A DNA stretch of 64,000 nt from Polyangiaceae bacterium (GCA_044222475.1 JBGANF010000004.1:1-64000), one strand, 5' to 3'. Counted from the stretch's first letter, positions 29,826-41,581 are shown. The notes: generated by a model not told the origin, from the sequence alone. Translations and numbers: made by a program.

Positions 29826-31907
29826 CTACTTACCCCAGCGAGGATCGCCTTCCTTGTACACGCGCGTCTCGTACTGGCTCTGCCAGGCCTGGTGCGCGGC
29901 ATCCTGCGGGAACGGCTTCGCCGGCGGGTAGTGACCCATGCCGTGGTACGGCAGCGGCTCCACGTTCTGCGTGAGCGGCGTGCCGGTCGCGGCGGTCAGC
30001 CACTTGCGCGGCTTGAAGAGCAGGTCGGTCATCATGAAGACCGTCAGCTCCTTGCCGGCGGCGGCCTTCGCGATGCCGTCGAAGCGGAGCTCGACGCCGT
30101 CACCGCGGCGCATGACGACCATGCGATCGTCGCTGGCGCCGAGGAGATCCTTCACGTCGCCGTAGCGCGTGAACGAGCCCCAGGTGCGCTGCTCGGGGAG
30201 GAGCTCGCCCTTGCCGTCGTCGATGGCGATGCGCGGGTGCGTGTGATCGCCGAAGCCCGGCTCGCTCGGGGCGCCGGTGAACGACAGCGCGGCGGTCGCG
30301 ATCGGGATCTCGTGCACGGTGATCGCGCCGAGCGCGTCCTCGGTGAGACGGACGCGGTCGACGTACCACATCGCGTTGCCCTGCTCGTGCGTGCCGGTGA
30401 CGATGCGCATCTCGTAGCGGCCGGTCGGGAACGCGACCTTCGAGAGGTCGAAGCTGACCGGCTTGTCGTCGCCGCGCGGGGTCGCGATGTCGAGCACCTT
30501 CTTGTAGGTGCCGTCGGGCTGCTTCACCTCGAGGCGCGGGTGCTCTTTCTTCACGCCGTCGCGGAGGGCGCGCGGCTCCTTGTACTTCCAGCCGTCGATG
30601 ACGATGCGCGCGTGCGCGACGTCCTTCACGGCGCCGAAGTCGACCTCGTACATGTTCGCTTCGTGGATGTCGTGCGCGGCGGCGGTGCGGTCGATGCGGC
30701 CGAGATCGGCGGTGACGTCGGCGCGGCGCGCGCCGCCGACCCACACGGCGCTGAGCGGCGTGCGCATCGTGGCGGTCTTCACCGCGTAGAACTCTTGCGG
30801 GTCCTTGGTGCCGAGCGTGTTCCACTCGATCGACGTCGAGGTGAGGACCTCGTACCCCGGATCGGCCTCGACCGCGGTGACGCGCGCGGCGTCGAAGTAG
30901 ACGATCTCGTCCTCGGACGCGATGAGCTTGGTGCGCACGCTGCCGGTGCCGGACGACCAGTCGAGCTTGGCGTGGTTCAGGCGCGACCACATCGGCGCGA
31001 AGTCGATCTCACGACCGGCGGCGAGGTGACCTTCCTGGCCGACGAGCGACGCACCGCCGACGCTGGTCTCGTACGCGAACTTCTCACCGTCGTACGAGAA
31101 GACGTACGGGCAGATGAACATGCATTTGCCGTTGATGCACTGGTAGAACGTGCTGCCGCAGAGCTGCTGGATCGTGCCGTCGTCGACCTTGTTGTTGCAG
31201 TCGTTGTCCTTGCCGTCGCACTTCTCGGCCTGGGGCGTGTTGTTCGGGCAGATCAGGCCGCCGTTTTGGCACTCGTAGGTGCCCTTGGCGCACTCGCCGA
31301 TGCCGCCGTCGGCGTCGCACGGGCCGAGGTTCGAGATGCCATCGTCGACCGAGCCGTTGCAGTCGTCGTCGATGCCGTTGCACTCCTCGGGGGCGCCCTG
31401 CTTGATGAAGGGCACGCAGCCGGTGGGCTTGCCGCCGTTCGCACCGGCGGCGCACTTCTTCACGCCGGCGCCGCAGATGCCGGGATCGGCGGAGAAGCAG
31501 TAGATCGCCGCGTCGCGGTAGGTCGGATCGCAGGCGGGTGACGTGCAGTACGCGATCGGGGACGCGTCTTTGATCTCGGGGACGTCGTCGGTGATGCTGT
31601 TGCAGTCGTCGTCGGCGAGGTTGCACGTCTCGGTCTTGGGCGTGACTTCGCCGACGCACGCCGAGAGGATGCCGTTCACGCAGGTGCGCTTGCCCGCCTT
31701 GCAGATGCCCTTGCCGTTGGTGCCCTTGGGGCCGCTGTAGCAGTCCGACGGCTTGTAGGTGTTCGGATCGCAGGGGCAGTTCGTGCCCGAGTCGGGATCG
31801 CACACGCCCGCGTCGTCCACGCTGACGGTGGCCGTCGGCGCGCAATACATGATGGAGCCCAGAAGGAAGGTGCCGGCGATGGCCCCGAGAACGACCGAGG
31901 TGCGCAT
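29826..31907 (-). CDS. Secreted/lipoprotein with Cys-rich E.C.G.D.DC.G (MopE-like metal-binding) repeats and a large C-terminal domain
   Basis: ETCNLADDDCN, EECNGIDDDCNG and EKCDGKDNDCN; CPYVFSYDGEKF; signal peptide ending in Cys. Confidence 0.8.
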   Translation of the reverse strand: MRTSVVLGAIAGTFLLGSIMYCAPTATVSVDDAGVCDPDSGTNCPCDPNTYKPSDCYSGPKGTNGKGICKAGKRTCVNGILSACVGEVTPKTETCNLADDDCNSITDDVPEIKDASPIAYCTSPACDPTYRDAAIYCFSADPGICGAGVKKCAAGANGGKPTGCVPFIKQGAPEECNGIDDDCNGSVDDGISNLGPCDADGGIGECAKGTYECQNGGLICPNNTPQAEKCDGKDNDCNNKVDDGTIQQLCGSTFYQCINGKCMFICPYVFSYDGEKFAYETSVGGASLVGQEGHLAAGREIDFAPMWSRLNHAKLDWSSGTGSVRTKLIASEDEIVYFDAARVTAVEADPGYEVLTSTSIEWNTLGTKDPQEFYAVKTATMRTPLSAVWVGGARRADVTADLGRIDRTAAAHDIHEANMYEVDFGAVKDVAHARIVIDGWKYKEPRALRDGVKKEHPRLEVKQPDGTYKKVLDIATPRGDDKPVSFDLSKVAFPTGRYEMRIVTGTHEQGNAMWYVDRVRLTEDALGAITVHEIPIATAALSFTGAPSEPGFGDHTHPRIAIDDGKGELLPEQRTWGSFTRYGDVKDLLGASDDRMVVMRRGDGVELRFDGIAKAAAGKELTVFMMTDLLFKPRKWLTAATGTPLTQNVEPLPYHGMGHYPPAKPFPQDAAHQAWQSQYETRVYKEGDPRWGK

Positions 31908-31919
31908 CCGTTTAGCTTA

Positions 31920-32588
31920 CTACGTTTTTTGCCGGGCCAAGTAGGTTCGATTGAGCATCGGGTGGACGCCGTCGGTCGGGCCCCAATCGGAGTCGGGGTG
32001 GAACGCGATGACGTCCATCGACTCGCCGCGGGTCGTCTTGAACGCGTGCACTTCGTGCTCGTGAAGACAGAAGACGGCGCCGGTCTCGAGGGGGAGCTCC
32101 CAGCCGCTCGGGGAATACGCGAGGCCGCGGCCGCGGGCGACGACGCCGAGGCGGATCGACGGGTGGCTGTGCGGCGTCTGCACGATGCCGACCGGGAAAT
32201 GCAGGTGGTTCAGCACCGGGTCGCCGAGGCGCGGGGGCATGCAGAGGATCGAGTCGGAGCAGCCGTCGATGTAGGCGAGGCGGCCGCGCTCTTCGATGCG
32301 TCCCGCGAGCGGCAGCGCGCGGAACCCGAGGCGCTCGATGACGACGACCGCGCCCTCGGCTTCGATGGTGACGGGACCGGGGAGCCCGAAGAACGCGCCG
32401 GCCGTGAGCGAGAGGTCGAGCCCGGCGCCCGCGACGCGGGCCTTCTTCGAGACGACGTAGCCGTAGGCGGTGGAGCCTTCGGTCGCGAGCTCCTTCGAGG
32501 CGCCGGAGACGACGACGAGGCGCGACGGGTACATCGTGCGCGTCGCGTCGAGGGTCTCGCCGTGTTTGGGGCTGGAGAGGAGGTCCAT
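31920..32588 (-). CDS. Cupin-fold protein
   Basis: QTPHSHPSIR, HEHEVHAF and IAFHPDSD. Confidence 0.7.
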   Translation of the reverse strand: MDLLSSPKHGETLDATRTMYPSRLVVVSGASKELATEGSTAYGYVVSKKARVAGAGLDLSLTAGAFFGLPGPVTIEAEGAVVVIERLGFRALPLAGRIEERGRLAYIDGCSDSILCMPPRLGDPVLNHLHFPVGIVQTPHSHPSIRLGVVARGRGLAYSPSGWELPLETGAVFCLHEHEVHAFKTTRGESMDVIAFHPDSDWGPTDGVHPMLNRTYLARQKT

Positions 32589-32643
32589 CCGGGGTCTCTC
32601 TTAGCAGATCCAGGGCGCATGGCGCCTCCGGTTCCGCGTGCGG

Positions 32644-33321
32644 TCAGCGGACGAACACGTTCGCGATGCGGCCTGCGCGCCGGTAGCCGGTACGGAGCAC
32701 CCAGACGCTCGGAGCGCTCACGGGCGGCGGGCCGGTTCCGGGTGACCATTTTGGGATGCGGACCTCGTGCGCGAAGTGCGTCTCGAGGCGAGCCGACGAA
32801 TACGGATCGAGCAGGCCGCGCTCGGTCGTCTTCACGTGACGTGCGCGGTTGAACAGCACGTACGCGATGGCGTGCCGTACCTCGGACGGGGTCGAGAGCA
32901 CGCGCGCGTGGTAGCGCTGGCCGAGCACGGTGCCGCGCTTGCGGCGCATGACGTCGCGGTTGATGCGCCGCGCGAGGCGAATCGAGAGGCCCTGCATGCG
33001 GCGCGAAAGAACGACGCGATCGTCGGCCTCGACGACGAGGTGCACGTGGTTTCCCTGCACCGAGTAGTGAACGACCCGGAGCTCGCCGCGGCGTGCCTCT
33101 TCGCGCAGAGCGTGCTCCACGCAGCGGAAACCGCGCTGGCTCCGCAGGTTCGGCGTCGTGCGCGCCATCCGTAGCGTCACGTGCACCGGGCTGCGACCCC
33201 CGTCGAAGACCGGACGCGCGCGATGCGAGATCGAGCCCATCTTCCGCGGTCGGCCGACCCCGCGGCGACCTTTCGGCCGGGCCGCATCGAACGGGAGCGA
33301 GAGCTGACGAAAGCGGCTCAT
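32644..33321 (-). mobile_element. REP-associated tyrosine (HUH/Y1) transposase-like gene (RAYT-like)
   Basis: PVHVTLR, YSVQGNHVHLVVEA (HUH), RYHARVL and AYVLFN (catalytic Tyr region); adjacent hairpin repeats. Confidence 0.82.
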
Positions 33322-33361
33322 GAATTATGGCAGATATTAACCACGAGAAGTCGCCCGTCAA

Positions 33362-33487
33362 GGAAGCGGAAGCGGAAGCGGAAGCGGAAGCGGAAGCGGA
33401 AGCGGAAGCGGAAGCGGAAGCGGAAGCGGAAGCGGAAGCGGAAGCGGAAGCGGAAGCGGAAGCGGACGCGGAAGCGGAAGCGGACGC
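33362..33487 (+). repeat. Hexamer tandem repeat (GGAAGC)n, 21 units
   Basis: 17 perfect units at 33362-33463, then GGACGC, 2x GGAAGC and GGACGC. Confidence 0.95.
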
Positions 33488-33552
33488 GGGAGCCGGAGCG
33501 GAGACGGGGCCGTGCGTATCAGCCCCCCCTGAGGCGGCGAAGCCGCCGATTT

Positions 33553-33625
33553 GCCGCGCTTCGTGGTACCCGAAGGGGTGGGGGGGCTCCGCCGCGCGCC
33601 GCGCTTCGTGGTACCCGAAGGGGTG
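33553..33625 (+). repeat. Two direct 28-nt REP-like hairpin repeats
   Basis: gccgcgcttcgtggtacccgaaggggtg at 33553-33580 and 33598-33625; CTTCG/CGAAG stem around GGTACC. Confidence 0.9.
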
Positions 33626-33698
33626 CAGGCGCGAAGCGCCGAGCACGGCGGTGCGTGTCGCGAAGATCGACGAGGGGGGCACCCCTCTTCTCTCTCTC

Positions 33699-33740
33699 TC
33701 CGACTCCGTCTCCGAGTCCGCCTCCGACTCCGTCTCCGGG
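33699..33740 (+). repeat. Degenerate (TCCGNN)7 hexamer tract
   Basis: tccgac tccgtc tccgag tccgcc tccgac tccgtc tccggg. Confidence 0.8.
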
Positions 33741-33743
33741 TCG

Positions 33744-34517
33744 TCAGCCGAAACCGAGGTCGTCCGGGCCCCTCGCGATGCGTTCGTAGACGAAGCGCAT
33801 CAGCGCCAGCGGCGAGAGCTCCTCGAGGTGCGCATAGTTGCCCTGCGCCACCAGGAGCTGATCCTCGAGCGCCATCGGCCCCGTGGTGACGCGACCGCGC
33901 GCTGGCCCGGTACGCACCGGCACGCCCATCCGGAACGCTTGCGCGAACGAGAGCCCCACGTCGGCCAAGCGCGGCTTCCCGTGCTCGCCGAAGAGCTTCC
34001 GCGTGCGACCTCGGAGCCTCGTCCCCCCGCGGCTCGCGTCGTGCACCAAGTAGAACGCCGTGCGCAGACCGTTGGCCAGCTGACGTTCCAGCCGGCGCGC
34101 GACGTGCTCGGGGAACGTGCCCTCGGCCTTTCCGCCCAGCGTCACGAGCGCGACCTCGATCTTGCGGTGGAACCCGTTCATCGCGAACAGCAAGAACGTC
34201 TCGACGCGATCGAACACGAGCACCCGCCGCACCGAGTAGTCGAACACGTCGGGCAAATGCGGCGGCGGCACCGCCGCGCGCGCCTCGGCGGCGCGGATGA
34301 GACCCGGCAGCGCGCCGTGGTGACGCTCGTGCACGGCGACCGCCTCGCGGAACGCCACGATCGACGCGCGCGGCGACTTCGGATCCGGCGGCGCCCACGC
34401 TTCGCGGCGGATCATCTCGTAGTAGAGGTTCCGCGGCGTGTAGAGGAACTTGCCGCCGAGCGACAGCGACTTCTCCGCCGCCTCGAGCGCCTTCGGGGAG
34501 AGCTTCGGCGTCTTCAT
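33744..34517 (-). CDS. Hypothetical protein
   Basis: MKTPKLSPKALEAAEK...; ATGA overlap with the asnB-like stop; typical codon usage. Confidence 0.7.
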   Translation of the reverse strand: MKTPKLSPKALEAAEKSLSLGGKFLYTPRNLYYEMIRREAWAPPDPKSPRASIVAFREAVAVHERHHGALPGLIRAAEARAAVPPPHLPDVFDYSVRRVLVFDRVETFLLFAMNGFHRKIEVALVTLGGKAEGTFPEHVARRLERQLANGLRTAFYLVHDASRGGTRLRGRTRKLFGEHGKPRLADVGLSFAQAFRMGVPVRTGPARGRVTTGPMALEDQLLVAQGNYAHLEELSPLALMRFVYERIARGPDDLGFG

Positions 34518-36274
34518 GTCGGGCGCTCCCCGTCGACATAGACGCGATGCCACAGCTCGATCGCGAGGAGCATCCAGAGCAGCTCGCCACCACGGTACTG
34601 ACCGATCGCGTGCTCGGGCCCTTTACCGGCGAGCAGCGCGTCGACGAACTTCGGCTCGAAGTAGCCGCGCGCGCGCGCGCGCTTCGACGTGAGCAGATCG
34701 TGGCTGTAGTCGCGCAGCGCGGTGAACTTGAACCAGTGGTTCAGCGGGACGCCCATCCCGGCCTTCTTGCGGTAGACGACCGCGCGCGGCAGCACGTCCT
34801 CCATCGCCTTCTTGAAGACGTACTTCTCGACGTCGCCCCGGCGCTTCAGCGACGGCGGCATCGCGAACGTGTGCTCGGTGAGCGTCTTGTCGAACAGCGG
34901 CGACGCCGCGGTGACGCCATTCGCGCCGAGCATCTTGTCGACCTTGACCAGGATGTTCTGGCCGCCCTTGAGCTTGATGTTCACGTGCATCAAGCGGTTC
35001 AAGAAGTGCTTGATGTCGGCGTTCTCCATGTACGGGCGCACGAGATCGAGCAGCGGCGCTTCGCCGCCGGTCTTCCTCTGGAAGTCCTTCGTGTAGAGCG
35101 CACCGATGTAGTCGAAGAACTTGTGGTAGCTCGACAGGTACGCGCGGGCGCGGTCGTAGTTGCCGAGGAACGCGTACCACTCGCCGAGGATCAGGAACTT
35201 GTTCTTCGGCCCGCCGAAGAGCGGGTCGCCGCCTTCGCCGTTGAAGACGAGGTCGACCTCTTTGGCGGCGGTCTGCGCGAGGACGTAGTTCGGGACCGTG
35301 ATGCAGTCGCAGAGCGGGTCGTCGAGCTGCCACATGATTTGGGGCAGGATCCCGAGGAAGTCGTCCGGCACGACGTCGACGACGCGGTGCTCGACCAGCG
35401 GCCCTGCGTGCTGCGCGACGAGGCGCGCGTACATGAGCTCGTTGGGTTGGCCGACGCCGAAGCTCGCGCTCCACGCGGTGACGTTCACGCCTTTTTCTGC
35501 GAGCAGCGCGACGACCGCGCTCGAGTCGATCCCGCCGGACAGGAACGCGCCGACGCGCTCCTTGCCTTCGAGCCGCTTGTCCACCGCTTCGCGGGTGAGC
35601 CGGCGGATCGTCTCGACGCACGTCGCCTCGTCGGCGCTGGCGGTCGTCTCTTCGAGGTCCCAGTAGACGTGCGTCTTCGGCGTGCGACCCGGCACGACCT
35701 CGAGGCGGTGCCCGGGCTCGAGCTCGAAGACGCCCTCGAACATGGAGTCCTTGCCGGGGATGAACGAGAAGACGAGGATCTTGTTGAGCGACGCGAGGCT
35801 CGGCTTCACCGAGAAGCGGTCGTCCCCGAGGAGCGCCTTGATCTCGGTGGCGAAGAGGAGGCCCCCTTTGACGCTTGCATAATACAAGGGTCGCTCGCCG
35901 AGCGGATCGCGCGCGAGGTGGAGCGCCTTGCCGTCGTGGATGGCGCAGACGAACGGGCCGTCGAGGAGCTCGAAGATCTTGGGGCCGAGCTCGCGGAAGC
36001 CGCGCGCGACGACGTCGGCGGGGTCGGCACCGCCCACCCGAAACCGCTTCGCGAGCGCGGCGCCGTTGAGGAGCCGCCCGTCGAACACCGCGCGCACGCC
36101 GCCGTCGTCGGCGACCTTTGCCGCGCGCGTCTTCTTGTCGACGAGCGACGCGAGGGTCCAGTCCTTGCCGACCTTCGTCGCCACGCCGCCGCGACCGCGA
36201 TGGGCGAGCAGCTTGGTCATGCGATCGAGAGCGATCGGCTCGCTCGGGCCGAGGTGTCCGAGGATGGCGCCCAT
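34514..36274 (-). CDS. Asparagine synthetase-like protein lacking the N-terminal catalytic Cys
   Basis: MGAILG start; HRG, ARDPLGERPLYY, FATEIKAL, GAFLSGGIDSS, NGEGGDPLF and RKKAGM. Confidence 0.85.
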   Translation of the reverse strand: MGAILGHLGPSEPIALDRMTKLLAHRGRGGVATKVGKDWTLASLVDKKTRAAKVADDGGVRAVFDGRLLNGAALAKRFRVGGADPADVVARGFRELGPKIFELLDGPFVCAIHDGKALHLARDPLGERPLYYASVKGGLLFATEIKALLGDDRFSVKPSLASLNKILVFSFIPGKDSMFEGVFELEPGHRLEVVPGRTPKTHVYWDLEETTASADEATCVETIRRLTREAVDKRLEGKERVGAFLSGGIDSSAVVALLAEKGVNVTAWSASFGVGQPNELMYARLVAQHAGPLVEHRVVDVVPDDFLGILPQIMWQLDDPLCDCITVPNYVLAQTAAKEVDLVFNGEGGDPLFGGPKNKFLILGEWYAFLGNYDRARAYLSSYHKFFDYIGALYTKDFQRKTGGEAPLLDLVRPYMENADIKHFLNRLMHVNIKLKGGQNILVKVDKMLGANGVTAASPLFDKTLTEHTFAMPPSLKRRGDVEKYVFKKAMEDVLPRAVVYRKKAGMGVPLNHWFKFTALRDYSHDLLTSKRARARGYFEPKFVDALLAGKGPEHAIGQYRGGELLWMLLAIELWHRVYVDGERPT

Positions 36275-36948
36275 CAGCTCTTCGGGGTCCCTACCGGGGT
36301 CTTCGGCGGAGAGGGCGCGTTGCGCTTCTCGAGGTTCGCAGCGGGACAAAAATCGAGCATCAGGTTCACGCGGTAGCCGGTGCCCCGGTGGACGACCGAG
36401 TGCTGGCTCATGTTGTCGATCTCGTACAGCCCTCCGGGCTCGAAGACCACCCGTTCGTCCTTGAGGGTGAACTCGGTGTGCTCGGCGGAGGTGAGCGGAA
36501 CGTGGAGGTGGTGCGAGAACGCCTTCTTGTTCACGTCGTGGGGCATGTCGCGGTGCGGTGGGATCACGCCGTCGGGTCCGAGCACGGCGAACACGAGGAA
36601 GAAGAGCGTCCCCGGACCGTAGTGGCGCTCGCACACGGCGCTCCACTCGGCGGCGAGCGCGGACTGCTCGGCGCGCGACAGCGTCGACTCCGGGACGTCG
36701 ACCGCCCACGGCGAGCGCGGCTCTTCGTCGTTCAGGACGCAGAGCTGCACGTAGCTCGTAGGCGTCATCTTGCGATAGCCGATGTCGGCCGGGCGCTCGG
36801 CCTGACCGACCCACTTCATGCGCTCGGCGATCGTGGCCCAGAGCGGCGCGTCGGGCGACGCGAACAGCGGGCTCAGGCGCTCGACGACGGCGAGGAGCTT
36901 CGTCGGATCGATCGAGTCGATGCGCCGATACGGTACGTCGAGGAGCAC
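36274..36948 (-). CDS. Aspartyl/asparaginyl beta-hydroxylase-like 2OG-Fe(II) oxygenase
   Basis: IPPHRD (HxD), HLHVPL and EIDNMSQHSVVHRGTGYRVNLMLD. Confidence 0.78.
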   Translation of the reverse strand: MLLDVPYRRIDSIDPTKLLAVVERLSPLFASPDAPLWATIAERMKWVGQAERPADIGYRKMTPTSYVQLCVLNDEEPRSPWAVDVPESTLSRAEQSALAAEWSAVCERHYGPGTLFFLVFAVLGPDGVIPPHRDMPHDVNKKAFSHHLHVPLTSAEHTEFTLKDERVVFEPGGLYEIDNMSQHSVVHRGTGYRVNLMLDFCPAANLEKRNAPSPPKTPVGTPKS

Positions 36949-36974
36949 GAACCCACTCTACCTCACAGTCGAAG

Positions 36975-38342
36975 TCACTGCGGGATCGACGACCCGCTCG
37001 GCATCGCCAGCTTCTTCGCCTTCGCGAGGTCGGTCGACTTGTCGAAGAACACGACCGTCGCGACGTAGTCGATCTTGCGGAGACCGTCCGACTGCGCGGC
37101 GTTCACGAGGAACGCGGTCGGCGAGTAGTTCGGGACGTTCTGCACGCCCGCGTTGAGCTGCTTCGCCGCGCCAGCCGCTTGCTCCGGCGTCGCGCCACCG
37201 GCGCGCGCCTTGTAGTAACCGCTGAGGCCGGCCATGAGCGGCGCGACCTGCTCCGCCACCGCGCGGTGACCCGACGAGAGCTTGCCCGCGTTGCCGCCGG
37301 CGAAGATCTTGTCGACGAGCGCGGCGCGATCCGCCTGCGGCGCCATCCCGAGCGAGAGCAGCGGACCTTCGGCGAGGCCGACCGCGGACGACGTGGTACC
37401 GACGAGCTGCATCGGCTCGAACACCGGCGACACGCACGCCGCGCCTTCGGCGCCGGCCGACTTGATCTCGGTCTCGCTGCAATTCGAGAGCGCGAGCATG
37501 TGCCACGCGAACTCGGAGCAGTACATCGGGAGATCCTTCGTCGACGTGCCGAGGATGATCTTGCCGAGCTCGGTGACGGTCTGCTTCGTCGTCATGCCGG
37601 TGCTCGCGAAGATCGGCGTGAGGTAGTCCTTCTGGAAACGGACGTGACCGTTGGCGCGGTTGCCGGCGACGGCGACGGCCCACTTGTTGAGCTGAGCGCG
37701 ACGCGCGGCGGTGAAGCCGCGCGGGCGGAGGATCTGCAGCGCGTCGGTGCCGTAGTCGGTGGTGCCGTCGGTGTTGCGACCGCCGATGAAGTGCTTGGTG
37801 TTGAACTGGCCGACGTACTCGCCGTCGAGGGGGCTGTCGACGTTGTACGCCTGACCGTTCTGCACGTAGACGAGGCTCGCGTGGGTCGTGCCCATCTGGA
37901 TGTGCGGGTACGCCATCGTGCCGGCGAGCTCGGGGCGGAACGTGAGCGCGATGTCGCCGTCTTGGAGGACGCCGGCCTTCGCGAGCTGCTGCGCCATGTC
38001 CATGCGAGCCGTGCGCTTCGCCGCCGGGGTGGTGCCCGCTTGGCGGACGGCGAGGATGCGGAGGCCCGAGTCCTTCACCTCGAGCGACGGCTGCCACACG
38101 GTCGAGTAGCTGTACTTCGCGCGGTCGATCTCGAGGTCGACGGAGGTCTTCGGGACCGAGAAGTAGAACGGCACGTCGAGGAGGCGGTTCGGGTTGGTGC
38201 TCCCGACTACGTTCTCGGACACGTCGTCCGGGACGCCGTCGTCGACGTCGGCGGCGCACCCCGGCGTGCCGATCGAAGCGGCGAGCGCGAGGAGCGAGAG
38301 GGCGAAGAGGCGGGTCCGGGTCGACGTGGCGTATGTAGACAT
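36975..38342 (-). CDS. Lipoprotein with a permuted papain-like (YiiX/YebB-type NlpC/P60) domain
   Basis: TPGC lipobox-like sequence; LQDGDI...THASL...MYCSEF (His before Cys). Confidence 0.65.
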   Translation of the reverse strand: MSTYATSTRTRLFALSLLALAASIGTPGCAADVDDGVPDDVSENVVGSTNPNRLLDVPFYFSVPKTSVDLEIDRAKYSYSTVWQPSLEVKDSGLRILAVRQAGTTPAAKRTARMDMAQQLAKAGVLQDGDIALTFRPELAGTMAYPHIQMGTTHASLVYVQNGQAYNVDSPLDGEYVGQFNTKHFIGGRNTDGTTDYGTDALQILRPRGFTAARRAQLNKWAVAVAGNRANGHVRFQKDYLTPIFASTGMTTKQTVTELGKIILGTSTKDLPMYCSEFAWHMLALSNCSETEIKSAGAEGAACVSPVFEPMQLVGTTSSAVGLAEGPLLSLGMAPQADRAALVDKIFAGGNAGKLSSGHRAVAEQVAPLMAGLSGYYKARAGGATPEQAAGAAKQLNAGVQNVPNYSPTAFLVNAAQSDGLRKIDYVATVVFFDKSTDLAKAKKLAMPSGSSIPQ

Positions 38343-38564
38343 TTGTCCTACATCTGTACACGTTTCATGCCATCGCCCACGGAGGGCTAACCTACCGAAA
38401 ACATTAGATCCCCATCTCGAGAAGCTGGGCGACGGCCGATCCACTGCTGGAGAATTGTTAGCCGGCTACCACCTTCGTGGAGTGTCCCCGGGCAGGGGTG
38501 AGCGGTTCCGAATGAATCTTCATTCATGATTGACGCGCCGCGGCGCACGCCACAAACTCCAGGC

Positions 38565-40411
<1,847 letters not shown>

Positions 40412-40415
<4 letters not shown>

Positions 40416-41563
40416 ACGTGCGACGCGTCGTCGCCGGGCTCGTCGTCGGCCTGCTCCTCGTGGGCGCCGCGTGCGACAAGCCGGCGAGCGTCGAGCTGTG
40501 CGGCGGCGTCACGGCGGCGAGCGACGGAGCGGCGGACTCGCTGTTCCGTCGCGATCCGACGTTCCTCGGCGCCGACGGCGCGTACTCCGTCACCCTCGGC
40601 AACGGGCGCGTGCTGTGGATGTTCGGCGACAGCTTCGTCGCCAAGAACGGCTCGAAGTCGCGGCGCGACGCGTTCTTCGTGCGCAACACCGTCGCGGTGC
40701 AGACCGGGTTGGATCCCGCCGGCGCGAGCCTTCAGTATTTCTGGCGAGGCAACGCGAGCGCGCCGGCGTCGTTCGTCCCCGAGGCGAGCCCACTTTGGTA
40801 CTGGCCGATGGGCGGCGCGCTCGTGCAAGGGCGGCTCGTGTTGTTCTACGTCGCCGAGAAGCCCGGAACCGGCGCGCTCGGCTTCGAGGCGGCGGGCAAC
40901 CGGGTGATGACCGTCGACGATCCGTCCGGGCCGCCGAACGGGTGGGTCCTCGTCGATCGCCCGTTCCCGATGCCGAAGACGTTCGGCCTGACGTTGCTCG
41001 CGCCGTTCGTCGACGCGGACACCCTGTACGTCTACGCGATCCGCGAGCCGGGCGATCACTCCGTGTCGGTCGCGAAGGTCCGGGTCGTCGACGCGGCCCT
41101 CGGCGACTTCACGAAGACGCTGTGGTGGTGCGCCGAGCGCGGGTGGCGCGACGCGACCGACGTAGGCGCCGGCCCCGCGGTCGTGTTCCCGAGCGGGACG
41201 GCGACCGACAACCCCACCGAGCTGTCGGTCGCGCGGCGACCCGATGGGACGTACGTCGCGATCCACAGCATCGGCTTCGGCGCCACGAAGCTCGCCATCC
41301 GCACTGCGACCCTACCGCAGGGGCCGTGGTCGGACCCCTGCCCGTTCTTCACGCCGCCGGAGAGCAACGCGCCGAAGGCGTTCGTCTATGCCGGCAAAGG
41401 GCACGCCGAGCTCGACGGCGCCGATCTGACCGCGACGTACGTGGCGAACTCGTTCGACGATCAGAAGCTGCTCGACGACCCCTCGCTCTACTTCCCCCGC
41501 TTCGTGCGCGCGTCGCTGAAGCCGAAAGACGCGGGAGTGCCCGTCGACTCCAGCGACCGTTGA
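40412..41563 (+). CDS. DUF4185-like beta-propeller lipoprotein (glycoside-hydrolase-like)
   Basis: GTGA overlap; VGAAC; GADGAYSV..G.GRVLWMFGDSF, GPWS and YAGKGH. Confidence 0.7.
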
Positions 41564-41581
41564 TCGAGTAAGCTCGCCGGC

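Noticed and set aside
28215..31541. 1108-aa plus-strand ORF and similar long ORFs (406..2373, 16167..18959, 38520..40265, 43727..46405)
   Set aside because: Antisense or off-frame shadows of well-supported genes; stop codons are rare in high-GC DNA and the translations have no recognisable motifs.
33553..33625. 28-nt direct repeats as a mini-CRISPR
   Set aside because: Only two units with a 17-nt spacer and no cas genes; better explained as REP-like elements beside a RAYT-like gene.
33181..34541. ORFs with poly-(RK), poly-(EA), poly-(SA) or poly-(LP) tracts
   Set aside because: All are translations of the (GGAAGC)n microsatellite in different frames and overlap real genes; nothing supports coding.
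34514..36274. Lasso peptide cluster
   Set aside because: No transglutaminase-like B2 protease, RRE or lasso precursor was found nearby.
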